In this document: positions 1 to 10,089 of the stretch, piece after piece
How the letters are laid out: the number at the start of each line of letters is the position of its first letter
Numbering within the stretch: the stretch's first letter is position 1
IMG/VR virus record: IMGVR_UViG_3300032013_000003
Coordinates: 1 to 59,063 of that record
DNA: 59,063 nt
Source of the DNA: a virus
Taxonomy: Duplodnaviria > Caudoviricetes
Strand: one strand, 5' to 3'
Notes under the pieces: model-generated
Databases searched by the model: none
Told to the model about the DNA's origin: nothing
What the model saw: only the letters and a program-made list of their open reading frames with translations
Translations under genes and position numbers: made by a program

Positions 1-130
1 GCGAAGGGTGCAGATCGACGCCGAACTCGCGGCGCTCAAGGCGAAGGTCACCGGCGGCCAGGTCGCCGCCGATGGCGCATCTCCGTTGTCCGAGGCGCGC
101 AAGGGCGTCTGGCAGAGCCAGCGCGCCAAG
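1..130. repeat. Terminal direct repeat, left copy (circular assembly overlap)
   Basis: 1-130 matches 58934-59063 except position 4 (A vs C). Confidence 0.95.
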
Positions 131-3100
131 CTCAAGCAAATCGGTCTCCTCGACGAGGAGATCGACGCGATGACCCATGAGCAGGCGCGCGCCCGGCTCG
201 GCATGGGCCCGCAACCGGTCACGGTGCCCGAGGCGAAGGAGGCTGAACTCGCGCAGGCCGTCGCCGAGCACGACGCGGCGCGCGCCGAACTGGACGACAT
301 CCTGCGCCGACTCGAGGCGCCGGACATCGGCCCGGGTATTGCCCCGCCGGAGCGCGGCGTCCCGGTCGGCGAGTTCGGCGCGCCGGGTCAGCGCGGCTAC
401 GACCCGGGCAACGTCAAAGCACCCGGCCCCCCATCGGTCATGGAGGCGCAGACCGCCGACGTCACCGCGGTGGGCAAGAAGAAGTTCGCGCAGGGCACGC
501 CGATCGAGGGCGCGGCGATTGCTCCGCCGAACGAGCAGGCGCCCATGGTCGGCGGCGCGGTGTCCGTCAAGCCCGTCGGGCGTCCGAGCGCCGGCACACT
601 CGAGGCGACGCTCGCTGACGGCACGGTCAAGCCGTTGACCAAGCATGAAGTCGGCGACTGGGTCCAGTCGCAGCTTCCCGATGGATTCACGGATGGTGGT
701 CATCTGCAGACCTACCGCCCATTCTCGATCGAGTACGGCATCCCGGCCACTGCAGAGGACATCGTCGAAAACTCCCTCTACGTCGTCAAGCCCAGCCACC
801 TGATCGACGACGGGCTGATGGGCAACGAGTTGAGGGTTGCCAACCGCGACTCAGTGCTCAGCGCGTGGAACGAAGGCAAGCGCCTGCGCCCGGTCGACGT
901 CGACGTGGCGCCAGACGGACGACTCTACGTCGAGGATGGGAACCACCGGATCCAGGCCGCGGCACGCGACGATCGCCCGATCGTGGTCAGGTTCCGCAAG
1001 ACCGGCCCGGACTGGAAGCCGCAGTCGGGCGCCCATGACATCTCCGGACGGGTCGCGGCGGAGCTGCCCAAGACGCGGCCCGAGGCCACCGACTCGCTCA
1101 CCGGCCAGCTCCGCGGCATGAAATCGCAGCTCGGCGCCGGCGCCGATCTCAAGGCGATGGGGGCTCCAGGTCGTGCCGAGTACGCAGCGGCGAAGGCCGA
1201 GCGGACCGCGGCGGCGAGCGAGCACTTCAGGGCGCAGGCGAACGCAAAGAACTACGCCGGATCGCAGATGGCCGCGGATGAGGCGGCGGCGCGATCCGAG
1301 TTGGCGATCGGTGGATCGGCGAGCGAACCCAAGAATCCAAAGCGCGTCGAGGCATCAAGAAAGGCCGCCGCGGCCTCGGTAGAGCGGCGCCGTGAGATTC
1401 ATTCCGCTGTGGCCAGTAATCTTCCCGATGAACTTCAGGTCGCATGGGACAAGGAGGGGTACAAGTTCATGCAGGAGGAGTCGGCGCGGATCCGCGGTAA
1501 CAGGGACCCGATCAGCGCGGCGTCAGATATTTCGGAGTCGTTCACCGAGAAGTATGGTTCTGCCAGCGAGAGCGGGCGTGGCTACGAGGGTGACCGATAT
1601 CATCGGCGTCTCGAGATCGAGGCGAAGCACGCCGACTCGTGGGCCAAGGAGCAAAGCAAGAGGCACAACGCTATTGCCAAGCACGATGAAGCTGAGCGCG
1701 TTCGCGATCAGGCGGACCGCATTGCATCGATCGCCGAACGCTGGAAACGCCCCGCCGACGACGTGACGGAACTCTGGAGCGAGCGCGCGGCCGTCCTAGA
1801 GTACGAGGGCGGCATGTCACGCATTGAGGCTGAGCGCACTGCCCTCGATGAGATCTCCGGAATGGTCAATGAAGCACATGGCCGCACGGCCATGGACGAG
1901 TTCTTTCGCAATCTCACGCGCCCCAAGACGCGCGATGCGTACGTCGCGGCGAACATCGGACGGGCAATGCGCGAAGAGGGGTCACACGCGAAGGCGTTGG
2001 CCAAGGTCGAGCGCGAGTGGGCGGACGTAACGTCGAACGTGCGCTCGAAGGCGACCACGACGCCATTCGACTTCGAGCAGAGCGGCCTGCGCTTCGACCG
2101 GTCGACGCGAAACTACCACGAGGCGCCGCCCATGCGGTCCGCGGTCGACGACGTGGCACACGCGGCAGAGGTCGTGACCAAGTACGAGCGGGCCAGCGCG
2201 AAGCTGACCGAGGCGCTTGGTCCCGATGCGCCACCGGCGGCACAGCAAGCGGCGAAGGCGTTTCGCGAGGCAGAGGAAGCTGCGGAGCGCAAGCAGATGG
2301 AGCGCACGACCAGGGCGATCGACGACCATGCCGATGCGCAGGCCAAGGCCAAGACGGTGCCCTACAAGTCGCGCGCAGCGTCCGAAGCGAAGCAGTCGGC
2401 TCGTGGCGGGCAGTCCTCGACCGAGCCGGCGCCGCCACCCAACAACGACTGGATCGAGGAGGCCAAGCAGCTGTTCGGCGGACGTCGGCTCTCGATGGAG
2501 GAGCGCCTCGCGAAGGACGCGGCACTGCGCAAGGGAACGGTCGACGCGGCCAAGCAGGATGTCGCGCACGCCGATGCGGCGCTGTCCAAGGCGCGCGTGG
2601 CGGAGACCGAGGCGAAGATCGGCGCACGACAGGCGACCGACACGGCCGTCGCGTCTCGTGCGGCAATGGAGGCCGCGGCCCCGGGCGCTGCTGCGGTACC
2701 GACCAGCGCGCTCGGTTCGCTCGCGACCACCGCTGCCGTGATCGCCGAGATGGGCGTGCCCGGACTGCCGCATCCGCACGACATCCCCGTGATCGGACCG
2801 CTGCTCGGCATCTACCTCAAGTACAAGGCGTTCAAGTACGCAGCCGGACGCTTCGTGGGTCGCGTTCCGGCCACAGCCGACGCGCGCGCGGCCTCGCTGG
2901 TCGCCAGGACGAAGGACCGGATCGCGACGGCCGTGGACCGGACGCTGGGTCTCGCCGAAGCGGCGGCGCCGAAGATGCGGGGTGGCATTGTCGCGACGTC
3001 CACGGTGCTGGGCCACCGACTGCTCGACGACGGCGAGCCAGACGCCCCGAAGGACGCCAACGCGCAGCAGATGGCGGCGGTGCGGATCCGTGAGATCGCG

Positions 3101-3676
3101 AACGCATCGACGCGGCCCGAGCTCGTCACCCAACTCGTGCGGCGCGAGATGCATGGCGTGGTCGACCCGGATCTGCTCGCTGCGGCAGAGAAGCACCTGA
3201 TGGCCCGGTTCGAAGCGCTGGCCAAAGTCATGCCAAAGGCGCCGCCGCCGAACCCCTACTCGAAGCGCGAGTGGCTGCCCTCGCCGGCCGCGGCCTACGA
3301 CCTGGCGCAGCGCCTCGCGGTCGTCCACGACCCGGAGCAGGCGTTCATCGACCCGACGCCCGCGAAGGCGCAGACGGCCGCGGCGGTCTACCCGAAGCTG
3401 CTCCAGTACGCGCAGCAGCGCCTGATGGACCGCATCGGCGACGCGAGCAAGCCAGTGCCCTACGAGCAGCGGATCCGCGGCGCGCTCGTGTTCAAGGTTC
3501 CACTGGACGACTCACTGCAGCCCGACCACGCGGCGATCTTGGCGACCGCGCACGCACCATCGCCGATCACGGACGCCCAGCCCGCGCCGCAGCAGGCGCC
3601 GACGCCGTCCATTGCGAGTAACACCAACCTGACGTCCGTCTACCAGACGGGCATTGAACGACGAGCCATGAGGTGA
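8..3676 (+). CDS. C-terminal 1222 aa of a giant internal virion/ejection protein (joined to 57951..58940 across the origin, ~1552 aa); contains a ParB/Srx-like domain
   Basis: In frame with the ORF from 57951; Ala-rich helical; VDVAPDGRLYVEDGNHRIQAA motif; last of three large genes after the nozzle. Confidence 0.75.
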   Translation: MQIDAELAALKAKVTGGQVAADGASPLSEARKGVWQSQRAKLKQIGLLDEEIDAMTHEQARARLGMGPQPVTVPEAKEAELAQAVAEHDAARAELDDILRRLEAPDIGPGIAPPERGVPVGEFGAPGQRGYDPGNVKAPGPPSVMEAQTADVTAVGKKKFAQGTPIEGAAIAPPNEQAPMVGGAVSVKPVGRPSAGTLEATLADGTVKPLTKHEVGDWVQSQLPDGFTDGGHLQTYRPFSIEYGIPATAEDIVENSLYVVKPSHLIDDGLMGNELRVANRDSVLSAWNEGKRLRPVDVDVAPDGRLYVEDGNHRIQAAARDDRPIVVRFRKTGPDWKPQSGAHDISGRVAAELPKTRPEATDSLTGQLRGMKSQLGAGADLKAMGAPGRAEYAAAKAERTAAASEHFRAQANAKNYAGSQMAADEAAARSELAIGGSASEPKNPKRVEASRKAAAASVERRREIHSAVASNLPDELQVAWDKEGYKFMQEESARIRGNRDPISAASDISESFTEKYGSASESGRGYEGDRYHRRLEIEAKHADSWAKEQSKRHNAIAKHDEAERVRDQADRIASIAERWKRPADDVTELWSERAAVLEYEGGMSRIEAERTALDEISGMVNEAHGRTAMDEFFRNLTRPKTRDAYVAANIGRAMREEGSHAKALAKVEREWADVTSNVRSKATTTPFDFEQSGLRFDRSTRNYHEAPPMRSAVDDVAHAAEVVTKYERASAKLTEALGPDAPPAAQQAAKAFREAEEAAERKQMERTTRAIDDHADAQAKAKTVPYKSRAASEAKQSARGGQSSTEPAPPPNNDWIEEAKQLFGGRRLSMEERLAKDAALRKGTVDAAKQDVAHADAALSKARVAETEAKIGARQATDTAVASRAAMEAAAPGAAAVPTSALGSLATTAAVIAEMGVPGLPHPHDIPVIGPLLGIYLKYKAFKYAAGRFVGRVPATADARAASLVARTKDRIATAVDRTLGLAEAAAPKMRGGIVATSTVLGHRLLDDGEPDAPKDANAQQMAAVRIREIANASTRPELVTQLVRREMHGVVDPDLLAAAEKHLMARFEALAKVMPKAPPPNPYSKREWLPSPAAAYDLAQRLAVVHDPEQAFIDPTPAKAQTAAAVYPKLLQYAQQRLMDRIGDASKPVPYEQRIRGALVFKVPLDDSLQPDHAAILATAHAPSPITDAQPAPQQAPTPSIASNTNLTSVYQTGIERRAMR

Positions 3677-3679
3677 CCT

Positions 3680-4165
3680 ATGTCCAGAATGCCACGCGCC
3701 GGCGGGCGCTATGTTACGCCGATCGATAGCAACGGGGTGCCCCTCACGAACGAGGGGCCACGTGGCGCGTACACGCTGACGGCCGGCCAGACGTACTACT
3801 ACATCCTTGGCGGGCCCGACGCTTCGTTCATCAGCGGCACGTTCACCGCAGTCACCAGCACCGCGGCGCCGAACGGGCTGATCATCACGTCGGCGACCGT
3901 CCAGGACACCGATCACGACGCGCGCGACGTCACGGACCAGAGTTCGACGGTCGGCGAGTGGGTCAGCGAGGACCCCAGCTCGGGATTCGTCGGCGCTGAC
4001 GGCACGGGCTGGTCAGCCTCGAGCGGCGTGCTCGCGGCGACCGGCGCAGGCCTCGGTGGTGGACGGTTCAACATCGCCGAGACCGCGGCGTATCGCACGC
4101 GTGTCGCGGTGGTCGTCGGCGCGACGGGCGGACCCCTGCGGGTCAGCAGCCACGGCAAAGACTAG
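3680..4165 (+). CDS. Putative virion structural protein
   Basis: Gly/Thr/Ser-rich beta-type composition, GAGG RBS, within the structural operon. Confidence 0.55.
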   Translation: MSRMPRAGGRYVTPIDSNGVPLTNEGPRGAYTLTAGQTYYYILGGPDASFISGTFTAVTSTAAPNGLIITSATVQDTDHDARDVTDQSSTVGEWVSEDPSSGFVGADGTGWSASSGVLAATGAGLGGGRFNIAETAAYRTRVAVVVGATGGPLRVSSHGKD

Positions 4166-4167
4166 CG

Positions 4168-5310
4168 ATGAGCCTCACGATCGGCATCGGAATCGGTGGT
4201 CGCGTTGGTGGCGGCGGGGAACCGCTCGCCCCGACGGCGACGATGACCGTGTCGATCTCCGACAGTCCGGATCCGGTCAACGCGTCGAGCAACATCACGT
4301 ACACGATCCAGGCGACCGTTACCGGTGCAGCCGATGCGGTCGGAGTCACCGCGACGTTCACACTCGATTCGCAGATCGCGTTCGTCTCGCACAGCGGCAC
4401 CGGCTGGTCCCTGTCTCGGGTCGGCCAGGTCATCACGGCGACGGCCAACGCGCTCGTCTCGGGTGCCGCTCCAGCAATCACCGTCGTGGCCACGGCGCCG
4501 GCGGTCAATGCGACGGTCACGAGCAGCGTGGTCCTGACCGCAGCGAACGCGACGCAGCAGACCGACACCGAGAATACGACGGTCAACGCCTCGATCGCTG
4601 GCGTGACGCGAGACGCGACTAACCTCAACTACTACCCGGCAAGTACGGCCGAGTGGACCACGTTCATGACTGCGATCGGGCTCGCCACTGGCAACCCCGG
4701 CAACGTGTGGGCGCTCCAGGGCACCGGCAACGCAGCGGACACCGGCGCCGGAGGATGCACGCTGACGAACACGCTTGACCTGGCACAGCAGGCGGTCGCG
4801 GGCGCGTCGCGACTCGGATACAAGAGCGCCGACGGCGGAAGCAGCGAGCGGCTCGTCGGGACGACAGGGGCGCCGGATCCGCGAACCACCTCGACCCTGC
4901 TGCTCCACTACATCGACTTCGGTGCCCTGCCGGCCGCGTCCGCGCGCGACATCATGGGCGTGCAGACCGGCGCGATCATCAGATATGCGGCGGGATCTGG
5001 CGTGCTTCAGATCGTCGCCGGCGCGACGACTCCATCGCTGAACGACTACCACAACACGGTCGGGTGGATCGCGATGCGCGTCAACATCACGGCCAGTACG
5101 ATCACCCTGTTCACGCAGCTCGAGAAGCTGTCGGGCACGTTCGTTCTTCCGAACAGCGGCTCGGCGATCTGGTTCGGCGGACACACGGCGCTGTCGAGCG
5201 CAGCGGTGCACTCGTATGGCGCGGAGTTCAGCGGCGCTGCCGCTGAGATCAGCGATGCCCAGCTCAAGACACTGCTGCAAGGGCTAGGAGCGACGATCCC
5301 ATGGTCATGA
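4168..5310 (+). CDS. Putative tail/virion protein with DUF11-like Ig domain and C-terminal beta-sandwich
   Basis: SISDSPDPVNASSNITYTIQ is a DUF11-type motif; Thr/Ala-rich. Confidence 0.6.
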   Translation: MSLTIGIGIGGRVGGGGEPLAPTATMTVSISDSPDPVNASSNITYTIQATVTGAADAVGVTATFTLDSQIAFVSHSGTGWSLSRVGQVITATANALVSGAAPAITVVATAPAVNATVTSSVVLTAANATQQTDTENTTVNASIAGVTRDATNLNYYPASTAEWTTFMTAIGLATGNPGNVWALQGTGNAADTGAGGCTLTNTLDLAQQAVAGASRLGYKSADGGSSERLVGTTGAPDPRTTSTLLLHYIDFGALPAASARDIMGVQTGAIIRYAAGSGVLQIVAGATTPSLNDYHNTVGWIAMRVNITASTITLFTQLEKLSGTFVLPNSGSAIWFGGHTALSSAAVHSYGAEFSGAAAEISDAQLKTLLQGLGATIPWS

Positions 5311-6155
5311 CCCGTCGGTTGCTCCTCGTGATGGGCCAGTCGAACGCGGGCGGGCTGTGCGTCGCCTCGAACGTGAACAACTACGCCGATTTCGCCACCC
5401 CAGACGCGAGCATCCCGTTCGTGTCGCGCGGGCTGCTTTCCTCCGACCCGCCCGGTGGCGACGTGCTCGACCCGGCCAGCGGCGTGCGCTCGCTTGGACC
5501 GCGCCTCATCTCTATGGGCGGCTCGCTCGGCGTCGGGACGTGCGGACCTGAGGTGTCGGCAGGCAAAGAACTGCACCGCATGATGCCCAATGAGTGGGCC
5601 GTCGGGCAGATCTGGATCGACTCGTCCAACATGGACAAGTGGAAGCCTACGACGGTGTACCCGAACACAGGACCGCCGTTCTGGCACGCCACGATGCTGG
5701 CGCAGATCGAGGACATCCAGCTCAAAACCAAGTCGTCTCTTCGCCGCGGCGCCGTCATGTGGCTGCAGGGCACGTCGGACGCGATCGACGGCATCGAGAG
5801 CGCCTACCTGACGAATATGAACGCACTGTTCGGGGCGATCGGTGCGCGGTACTGCGCCAACGCCGACGACCTGGTCATCTCGGTCGATCGCATCTCGCAG
5901 CTGTTCATCGACAACTTCGGCGCACCCGCAAACATCGGTGGCCCCGTGGTGCGCGCTGCCGAGACCGCGTTCGTTGCGGCCAAGCCGTCGCGCCGAGCGC
6001 TGATCAACACCGATGACCTGGCCCTGCGCGTCGACAACGCGCACTTCGCGGACAACAGCTACGCCACGGTCGGCGTGCGGCACGCAGCGGCGATCTTCCA
6101 GCTGGTCGCGGCCGGTGGTGGCGGAATGATCGGCCCGTCGATGGGGATGCGATGA
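5307..6155 (+). CDS. SGNH carbohydrate esterase (sialate O-acetylesterase/SASA-like)
   Basis: GQSNA block I, WLQGTSDA block III, DNAH catalytic DxxH; ATGA overlap with upstream stop. Confidence 0.8.
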   Translation: MTRRLLLVMGQSNAGGLCVASNVNNYADFATPDASIPFVSRGLLSSDPPGGDVLDPASGVRSLGPRLISMGGSLGVGTCGPEVSAGKELHRMMPNEWAVGQIWIDSSNMDKWKPTTVYPNTGPPFWHATMLAQIEDIQLKTKSSLRRGAVMWLQGTSDAIDGIESAYLTNMNALFGAIGARYCANADDLVISVDRISQLFIDNFGAPANIGGPVVRAAETAFVAAKPSRRALINTDDLALRVDNAHFADNSYATVGVRHAAAIFQLVAAGGGGMIGPSMGMR

Positions 6156-6784
6156 GCACCGACGACGACGATTTCGAGATCAAGCCGACGCCAAGTCGTG
6201 GCACGCATACCGGGCACACGCCGAAGTCGTACCGTCTCACCGAGCAGGAGCGCGCCATGCAGCGTCGACGTCCGGGCGTTCCGGTCGTGCGCCCCGATCC
6301 CGCCGACGAGGTGACCGCGCCGATCGCGTTGCTCATCAACGGCCAGCTCGAGACCGACGACTACGCGCAGATCGAAGCGCTGCGGCGCTCGACGGACGAC
6401 CCGTACGTGCTGTTGATGAACCTCGCGAAGGCGATGTCGAGGCACCGCGACAAGGAGCAGAGCAGCTCGAGGGGCATCGAGAAGCAGGTCCTCGCCGCGA
6501 TCGAGGAGCAGTCGAAGAACACGACCGAGATGGCGAACCGGATCTCGAACCTCGAGACCGATGGGCGCGAGACGAAGCGCAAGCTGGGGTTCGCACAGAA
6601 GGTCGCGGCCGGCGCCATCACGATCGCGATCGCTGCAGCGGGCGGGCTGCTCAGCAAGATTTGGGACCGAGCGGGCGACGAGCGCGAGGCGAAGGTCAAG
6701 CAGGTCTACATGCAGCAGGACATCGACAGACTTACGAAGCAATACGAGTGGCTGGCGAGGCAGGCCAGGAAAGACACGCCATGA
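6152..6784 (+). CDS. Coiled-coil membrane protein in lysis region
   Basis: Coiled coil followed by the hydrophobic segment VAAGAITIAIAAAGGLL. Confidence 0.55.
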   Translation: MSTDDDDFEIKPTPSRGTHTGHTPKSYRLTEQERAMQRRRPGVPVVRPDPADEVTAPIALLINGQLETDDYAQIEALRRSTDDPYVLLMNLAKAMSRHRDKEQSSSRGIEKQVLAAIEEQSKNTTEMANRISNLETDGRETKRKLGFAQKVAAGAITIAIAAAGGLLSKIWDRAGDEREAKVKQVYMQQDIDRLTKQYEWLARQARKDTP

Positions 6785-6903
6785 ACATCCTAACCAAAGA
6801 ACGAATCTTGTACTGGACGTGGATCGGGATCGGAGTCTCGGCTCTCTACGGGGCCACGTGGCTGTTCGCAACGGCCGCTCATCACTTTCGAGGCGCATCA
6901 TGA
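6781..6903 (+). CDS. Small single-TM protein (40 aa)
   Basis: MNILTKERILYWTWIGIGVSALYGATWLF; overlapping start/stop on both sides. Confidence 0.5.
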   Translation: MNILTKERILYWTWIGIGVSALYGATWLFATAAHHFRGAS

Positions 6904-7109
6904 AACAGGCATTGGCCGGACTGTTCGGCAGCAAGAAGTTCCTCGCGGCACTGACCGCGATCCTCGTCTATGTCGGGGGCCGGTTCGGCTTCGACCTGGA
7001 CACCGCGGCACTCGACCACGTCTGGCAGGCGCTACTGATCTACGTCGGCGCACAGGGCGTCGCGGACATGGGCAAGCCGGCCGCGCAGGTGAAGGCGGGT
7101 GGCGTATGA
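6900..7109 (+). CDS. Holin candidate (two TM segments)
   Basis: SKKFLAALTAILV...LLIYVGAQGVAD, holin-like; upstream of endolysin. Confidence 0.7.
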   Translation: MKQALAGLFGSKKFLAALTAILVYVGGRFGFDLDTAALDHVWQALLIYVGAQGVADMGKPAAQVKAGGV

Positions 7110-7582
7110 TGCCGCGAGCTCGAATCGAGGGGCCGCTCCATCGCCGGATGTGGGCGCACCGCTGGGTGGCGCTAGACTTCGCAGCGGCCGTCCTGGTCTG
7201 CTTGGCGCTCATCACCGGCGTGTCGCTGGTCAGCGTCGCGTGCGCCACCGCTCACCGTGCGGGCGACGCCGCAAAGCCTGCGCTCATCGACTGCGCCAAG
7301 CAGAACGCGTCGGGCATCGTTGCCCTGCTCGCTGCGTTCGGAGTCCGCTCGGCCATCGAAGGGAGGCTCGACGTGGACGCGCTCGAGACGATCGCGAAGG
7401 GCCAGGCGGCAGGCGTAGCGGCGTGCGCATTCGCTGAATTCGTCCGGGCATGGAAGGCCAAGCCGACGCCGCAGGTCGCAGCGCGCGGTGGCGACGATGA
7501 CCCGGTGGTCGAGCTTCAGGCCCTGCTCGAGCGGGTGAGCGGCGGGGCGAAGGTTGTGCTCGCGGACGGGACGGCGATGTGA
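7106..7582 (+). CDS. Membrane/lipoprotein, possible spanin component
   Basis: Hydrophobic stretch ending in LVSVAC lipobox-like motif; between holin and lysin. Confidence 0.45.
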   Translation: MMPRARIEGPLHRRMWAHRWVALDFAAAVLVCLALITGVSLVSVACATAHRAGDAAKPALIDCAKQNASGIVALLAAFGVRSAIEGRLDVDALETIAKGQAAGVAACAFAEFVRAWKAKPTPQVAARGGDDDPVVELQALLERVSGGAKVVLADGTAM

Positions 7583-8136
7583 CCACGACCGGTCCTCGCC
7601 CGAAGTTCACCGCAGCACAGGCCGTAGCGCAAGCCCGCGCGCTGGTCGGGCGCGGCGTCTACCAGCTCGGCACCGGTGACATCGACAGTCACGGCGACGA
7701 TCCGCGCGACTGCTTTGGCTTCGCGGCGTGCGAGCTGTTCGGCATCAAGCGGCACCGGCCGGGATTCAACCACGGGCCCTGGGCGACGGTGGAGGACGAC
7801 CTCAACTGCAACAGCGCGACCGAGGACGCCGACCACCACGGCGAATTGTTCGAGCGCGTGCAGACGCCGGCGCCGGGCGTCCTACTCGCGTACCCGACGA
7901 TCCGACTGCAGGGCCACGTGTTCATCGGGCACATCGGCATCGTCGTTGGCGTGTCGCGGTGCCTCGAGTGGGACCACGACCACCCGGACTACGCACTGCT
8001 GGACGTTGTCGATTGCCACGGCCCGAACGGTCGGAGACCGGGCATCGTGCTCGGCAACGGCACGGTCTGGAACCGACACGACGAGACGTGGCCGAAGCCG
8101 GAGCACCGGACGGCCATGCTGCGAGTCCGTGCATGA
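7579..8136 (+). CDS. Endolysin, NlpC/P60-CHAP-type cysteine peptidase
   Basis: RDCFGF catalytic Cys and GHIGIV catalytic His; last gene of the late operon. Confidence 0.7.
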   Translation: MTTTGPRPKFTAAQAVAQARALVGRGVYQLGTGDIDSHGDDPRDCFGFAACELFGIKRHRPGFNHGPWATVEDDLNCNSATEDADHHGELFERVQTPAPGVLLAYPTIRLQGHVFIGHIGIVVGVSRCLEWDHDHPDYALLDVVDCHGPNGRRPGIVLGNGTVWNRHDETWPKPEHRTAMLRVRA

Positions 8137-8268
8137 CGCTCGCCGATCTCGGTCCAGTTCATCGATCTCATGCTACCATGCTCCTCGCCCGTCCCGCCGC
8201 AGCGAGCCTACACGCCGGCGCAAGCCGACTCCATGCAAGGAACCTCGCGCCCGCTGCACTCGGACGGG

Positions 8269-8466
8269 CTACTCGTTCTCCAGCACCGCGATGAGCGCGC
8301 ACAGCAGGTTGGCGGCGCCCCAGCCGGTCAGATTGTGCATCGCCTGGACCTGCTGCGCCGCGGTGAACCTATACTCGCGGCGCTCGGCGATCCACCGCCG
8401 AACCTCTGCCAGACACGACGCCGGCCGATCGCGCACCGGAATGGCGTTGCGCTCGTCGTCGGTCAT
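8269..8466 (-). CDS. Hypothetical protein
   Basis: TGATG coupling to upstream gene. Confidence 0.45.
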   Translation of the reverse strand: MTDDERNAIPVRDRPASCLAEVRRWIAERREYRFTAAQQVQAMHNLTGWGAANLLCALIAVLENE

Positions 8467-9290
8467 CACCACGGCTCACCGTCCTCCACGTCCTGAATCT
8501 CGCACCTGACCCGGTTCGTCTCGGCCTGCTTCGAGGCGGAGATCTTGGCGCGGAGTTGGGCGGACCAGTGGGCAGAGACGGCAGCGCGCTGGGCCTCCGT
8601 CCTCCTGGCGCGACGCCGCGGCCCGCCTTCCTCTCGCTGGTCGCGCTGGTCGATGTCCAGCAGATTTCGAAGGGTGATGCCGTCGTACACGAAGTCCAGC
8701 GGGTCCGGGCACTGCGCGGGGTCGAGCCTGAGCCATGGCGTCTCGATCGTGGGCGGCTCGCGGTAGTGAGCCATGTCTCGCGGCTCCATGTCGTCCGACG
8801 TGACCAGTGCGGGCCGCGGGTTCTCCGCCTCGAACTTCGCGTGGGCGGAGCGGACGGCGTCGACCGGTTGCTGGATTCGGCTGACCCTGTCGGTGAGGTT
8901 GAACGTGAACCGCCCCATCTCGACGTAGCCGCCGAGACCCTGGTGGCGCTCAGGCCTGAGTTCGGCGTGCCCGTCTTGGTTGCAAAGCGACGCGATGGGA
9001 CCTTCGATCCAGTCCCCGAGCAGCAGGGTCACCCTGACGTGGTCGCCAACCCGGAAGCAACGCGCCCGGTGCGACGCGCTCGCTGCATCGATGTTCGCCT
9101 GGGCTGCCGCTTCCGACAGGCCGCAGAGGGCGACGGGCAAGAGCGCGTCGCACCGGGCGCACTTGTGGTGGACGGTGGCGGTCGATGGTTCGGATCCGTA
9201 GTCAACGCCGATGAGGACGCGGCCGGCCAGCAGGTCCGCGTTGAGCGTATAGATCTTGTCCTGCTCGGGCTTCACTTCGTCGTCGTGCAT
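8466..9290 (-). CDS. Hypothetical mosaic protein (IGVDYG motif, CxxC, SH3-like segment)
   Basis: AGGAG RBS, MHDDEV start. Confidence 0.6.
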   Translation of the reverse strand: MHDDEVKPEQDKIYTLNADLLAGRVLIGVDYGSEPSTATVHHKCARCDALLPVALCGLSEAAAQANIDAASASHRARCFRVGDHVRVTLLLGDWIEGPIASLCNQDGHAELRPERHQGLGGYVEMGRFTFNLTDRVSRIQQPVDAVRSAHAKFEAENPRPALVTSDDMEPRDMAHYREPPTIETPWLRLDPAQCPDPLDFVYDGITLRNLLDIDQRDQREEGGPRRRARRTEAQRAAVSAHWSAQLRAKISASKQAETNRVRCEIQDVEDGEPW

Positions 9291-9874
9291 TGGTCTCCTT
9301 CGAGTATATCCGCGATCTCCAGGTACCGTTCGTGATTCTGGTCGTACACCGCGTCGTCGTGGATCTTGCGCAGGGCGACCTCCAGCTCCGCGATCCGCTT
9401 GTCCGTCTGCGCCGCCCGTTGCCGGTACGCCAAGGGCCACGAGTCGCGCTCCTGCTCGTAGTGGCGGACCATGTCGCGCGAGGCGGCGAGGTCGGCGTGG
9501 AGGCGGGCGAGATCTCGGTCCTGCTGCTCGATGACCAGCTTCGCCTCGCCGAGCTCGGTGCGGAGGGTGGCGATCTGCTCGTTCATCTCGTCGCGCTCGT
9601 ATCGCCAGCATCGGTTCGCAAGCACGACGCGGCGCAGGTGAGACCTGGGCGGCATCTCGTCGACGGGCACGAGGCACTCGCCGGCAGCGATGCGCACGTC
9701 CTCGGCGTGCCGATCGACCTCGTCCAGCGCCGCGGAGTAGCCGGTAAGCAGGGTCGAGAGGTTTGTCCTGATCCAGTTCTGCGCCCTGCCGTACTCGACG
9801 GTCGACGCTGGGTTGTCGAACGACTCTTCCTGTCGCACCCACTCCGCGATCAGAGCGCGGGCGTCGGTGGTCAT
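9272..9874 (-). CDS. Coiled-coil hypothetical protein
   Basis: Heptad-rich ORF coupled to neighbours. Confidence 0.6.
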   Translation of the reverse strand: MTTDARALIAEWVRQEESFDNPASTVEYGRAQNWIRTNLSTLLTGYSAALDEVDRHAEDVRIAAGECLVPVDEMPPRSHLRRVVLANRCWRYERDEMNEQIATLRTELGEAKLVIEQQDRDLARLHADLAASRDMVRHYEQERDSWPLAYRQRAAQTDKRIAELEVALRKIHDDAVYDQNHERYLEIADILEGDQCTTTK

Positions 9875-10089
9875 GGGGCGCCTCGGAGTGCCGCCATAAG
9901 TGCCCTGCGTGCGATCTCCTTGTCTCTGGCATCCTGCTCTGTTTCGACTGGTCGCGTGTACGCCAGCGCCGCCCGGGCGATCGCCACGAGCTGGAGCAGG
10001 TCAGCCGGGTCGATGTTGAAGTCGGCACCAGCAGGCGTTGACCGGACGTCAGTCTCGAGCTCGTCGAGCTGAGAGGTGGTGATGGTCAT
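9871..10089 (-). CDS. Hypothetical protein
   Basis: ATGA-coupled ORF. Confidence 0.5.
   Translation of the reverse strand: MTITTSQLDELETDVRSTPAGADFNIDPADLLQLVAIARAALAYTRPVETEQDARDKEIARRALMAALRGAP

Noticed and set aside
1-130. Biological terminal repeat as in T7
   Set aside because: It falls mid-gene and has the size of an assembler overlap; more likely a circularisation artefact
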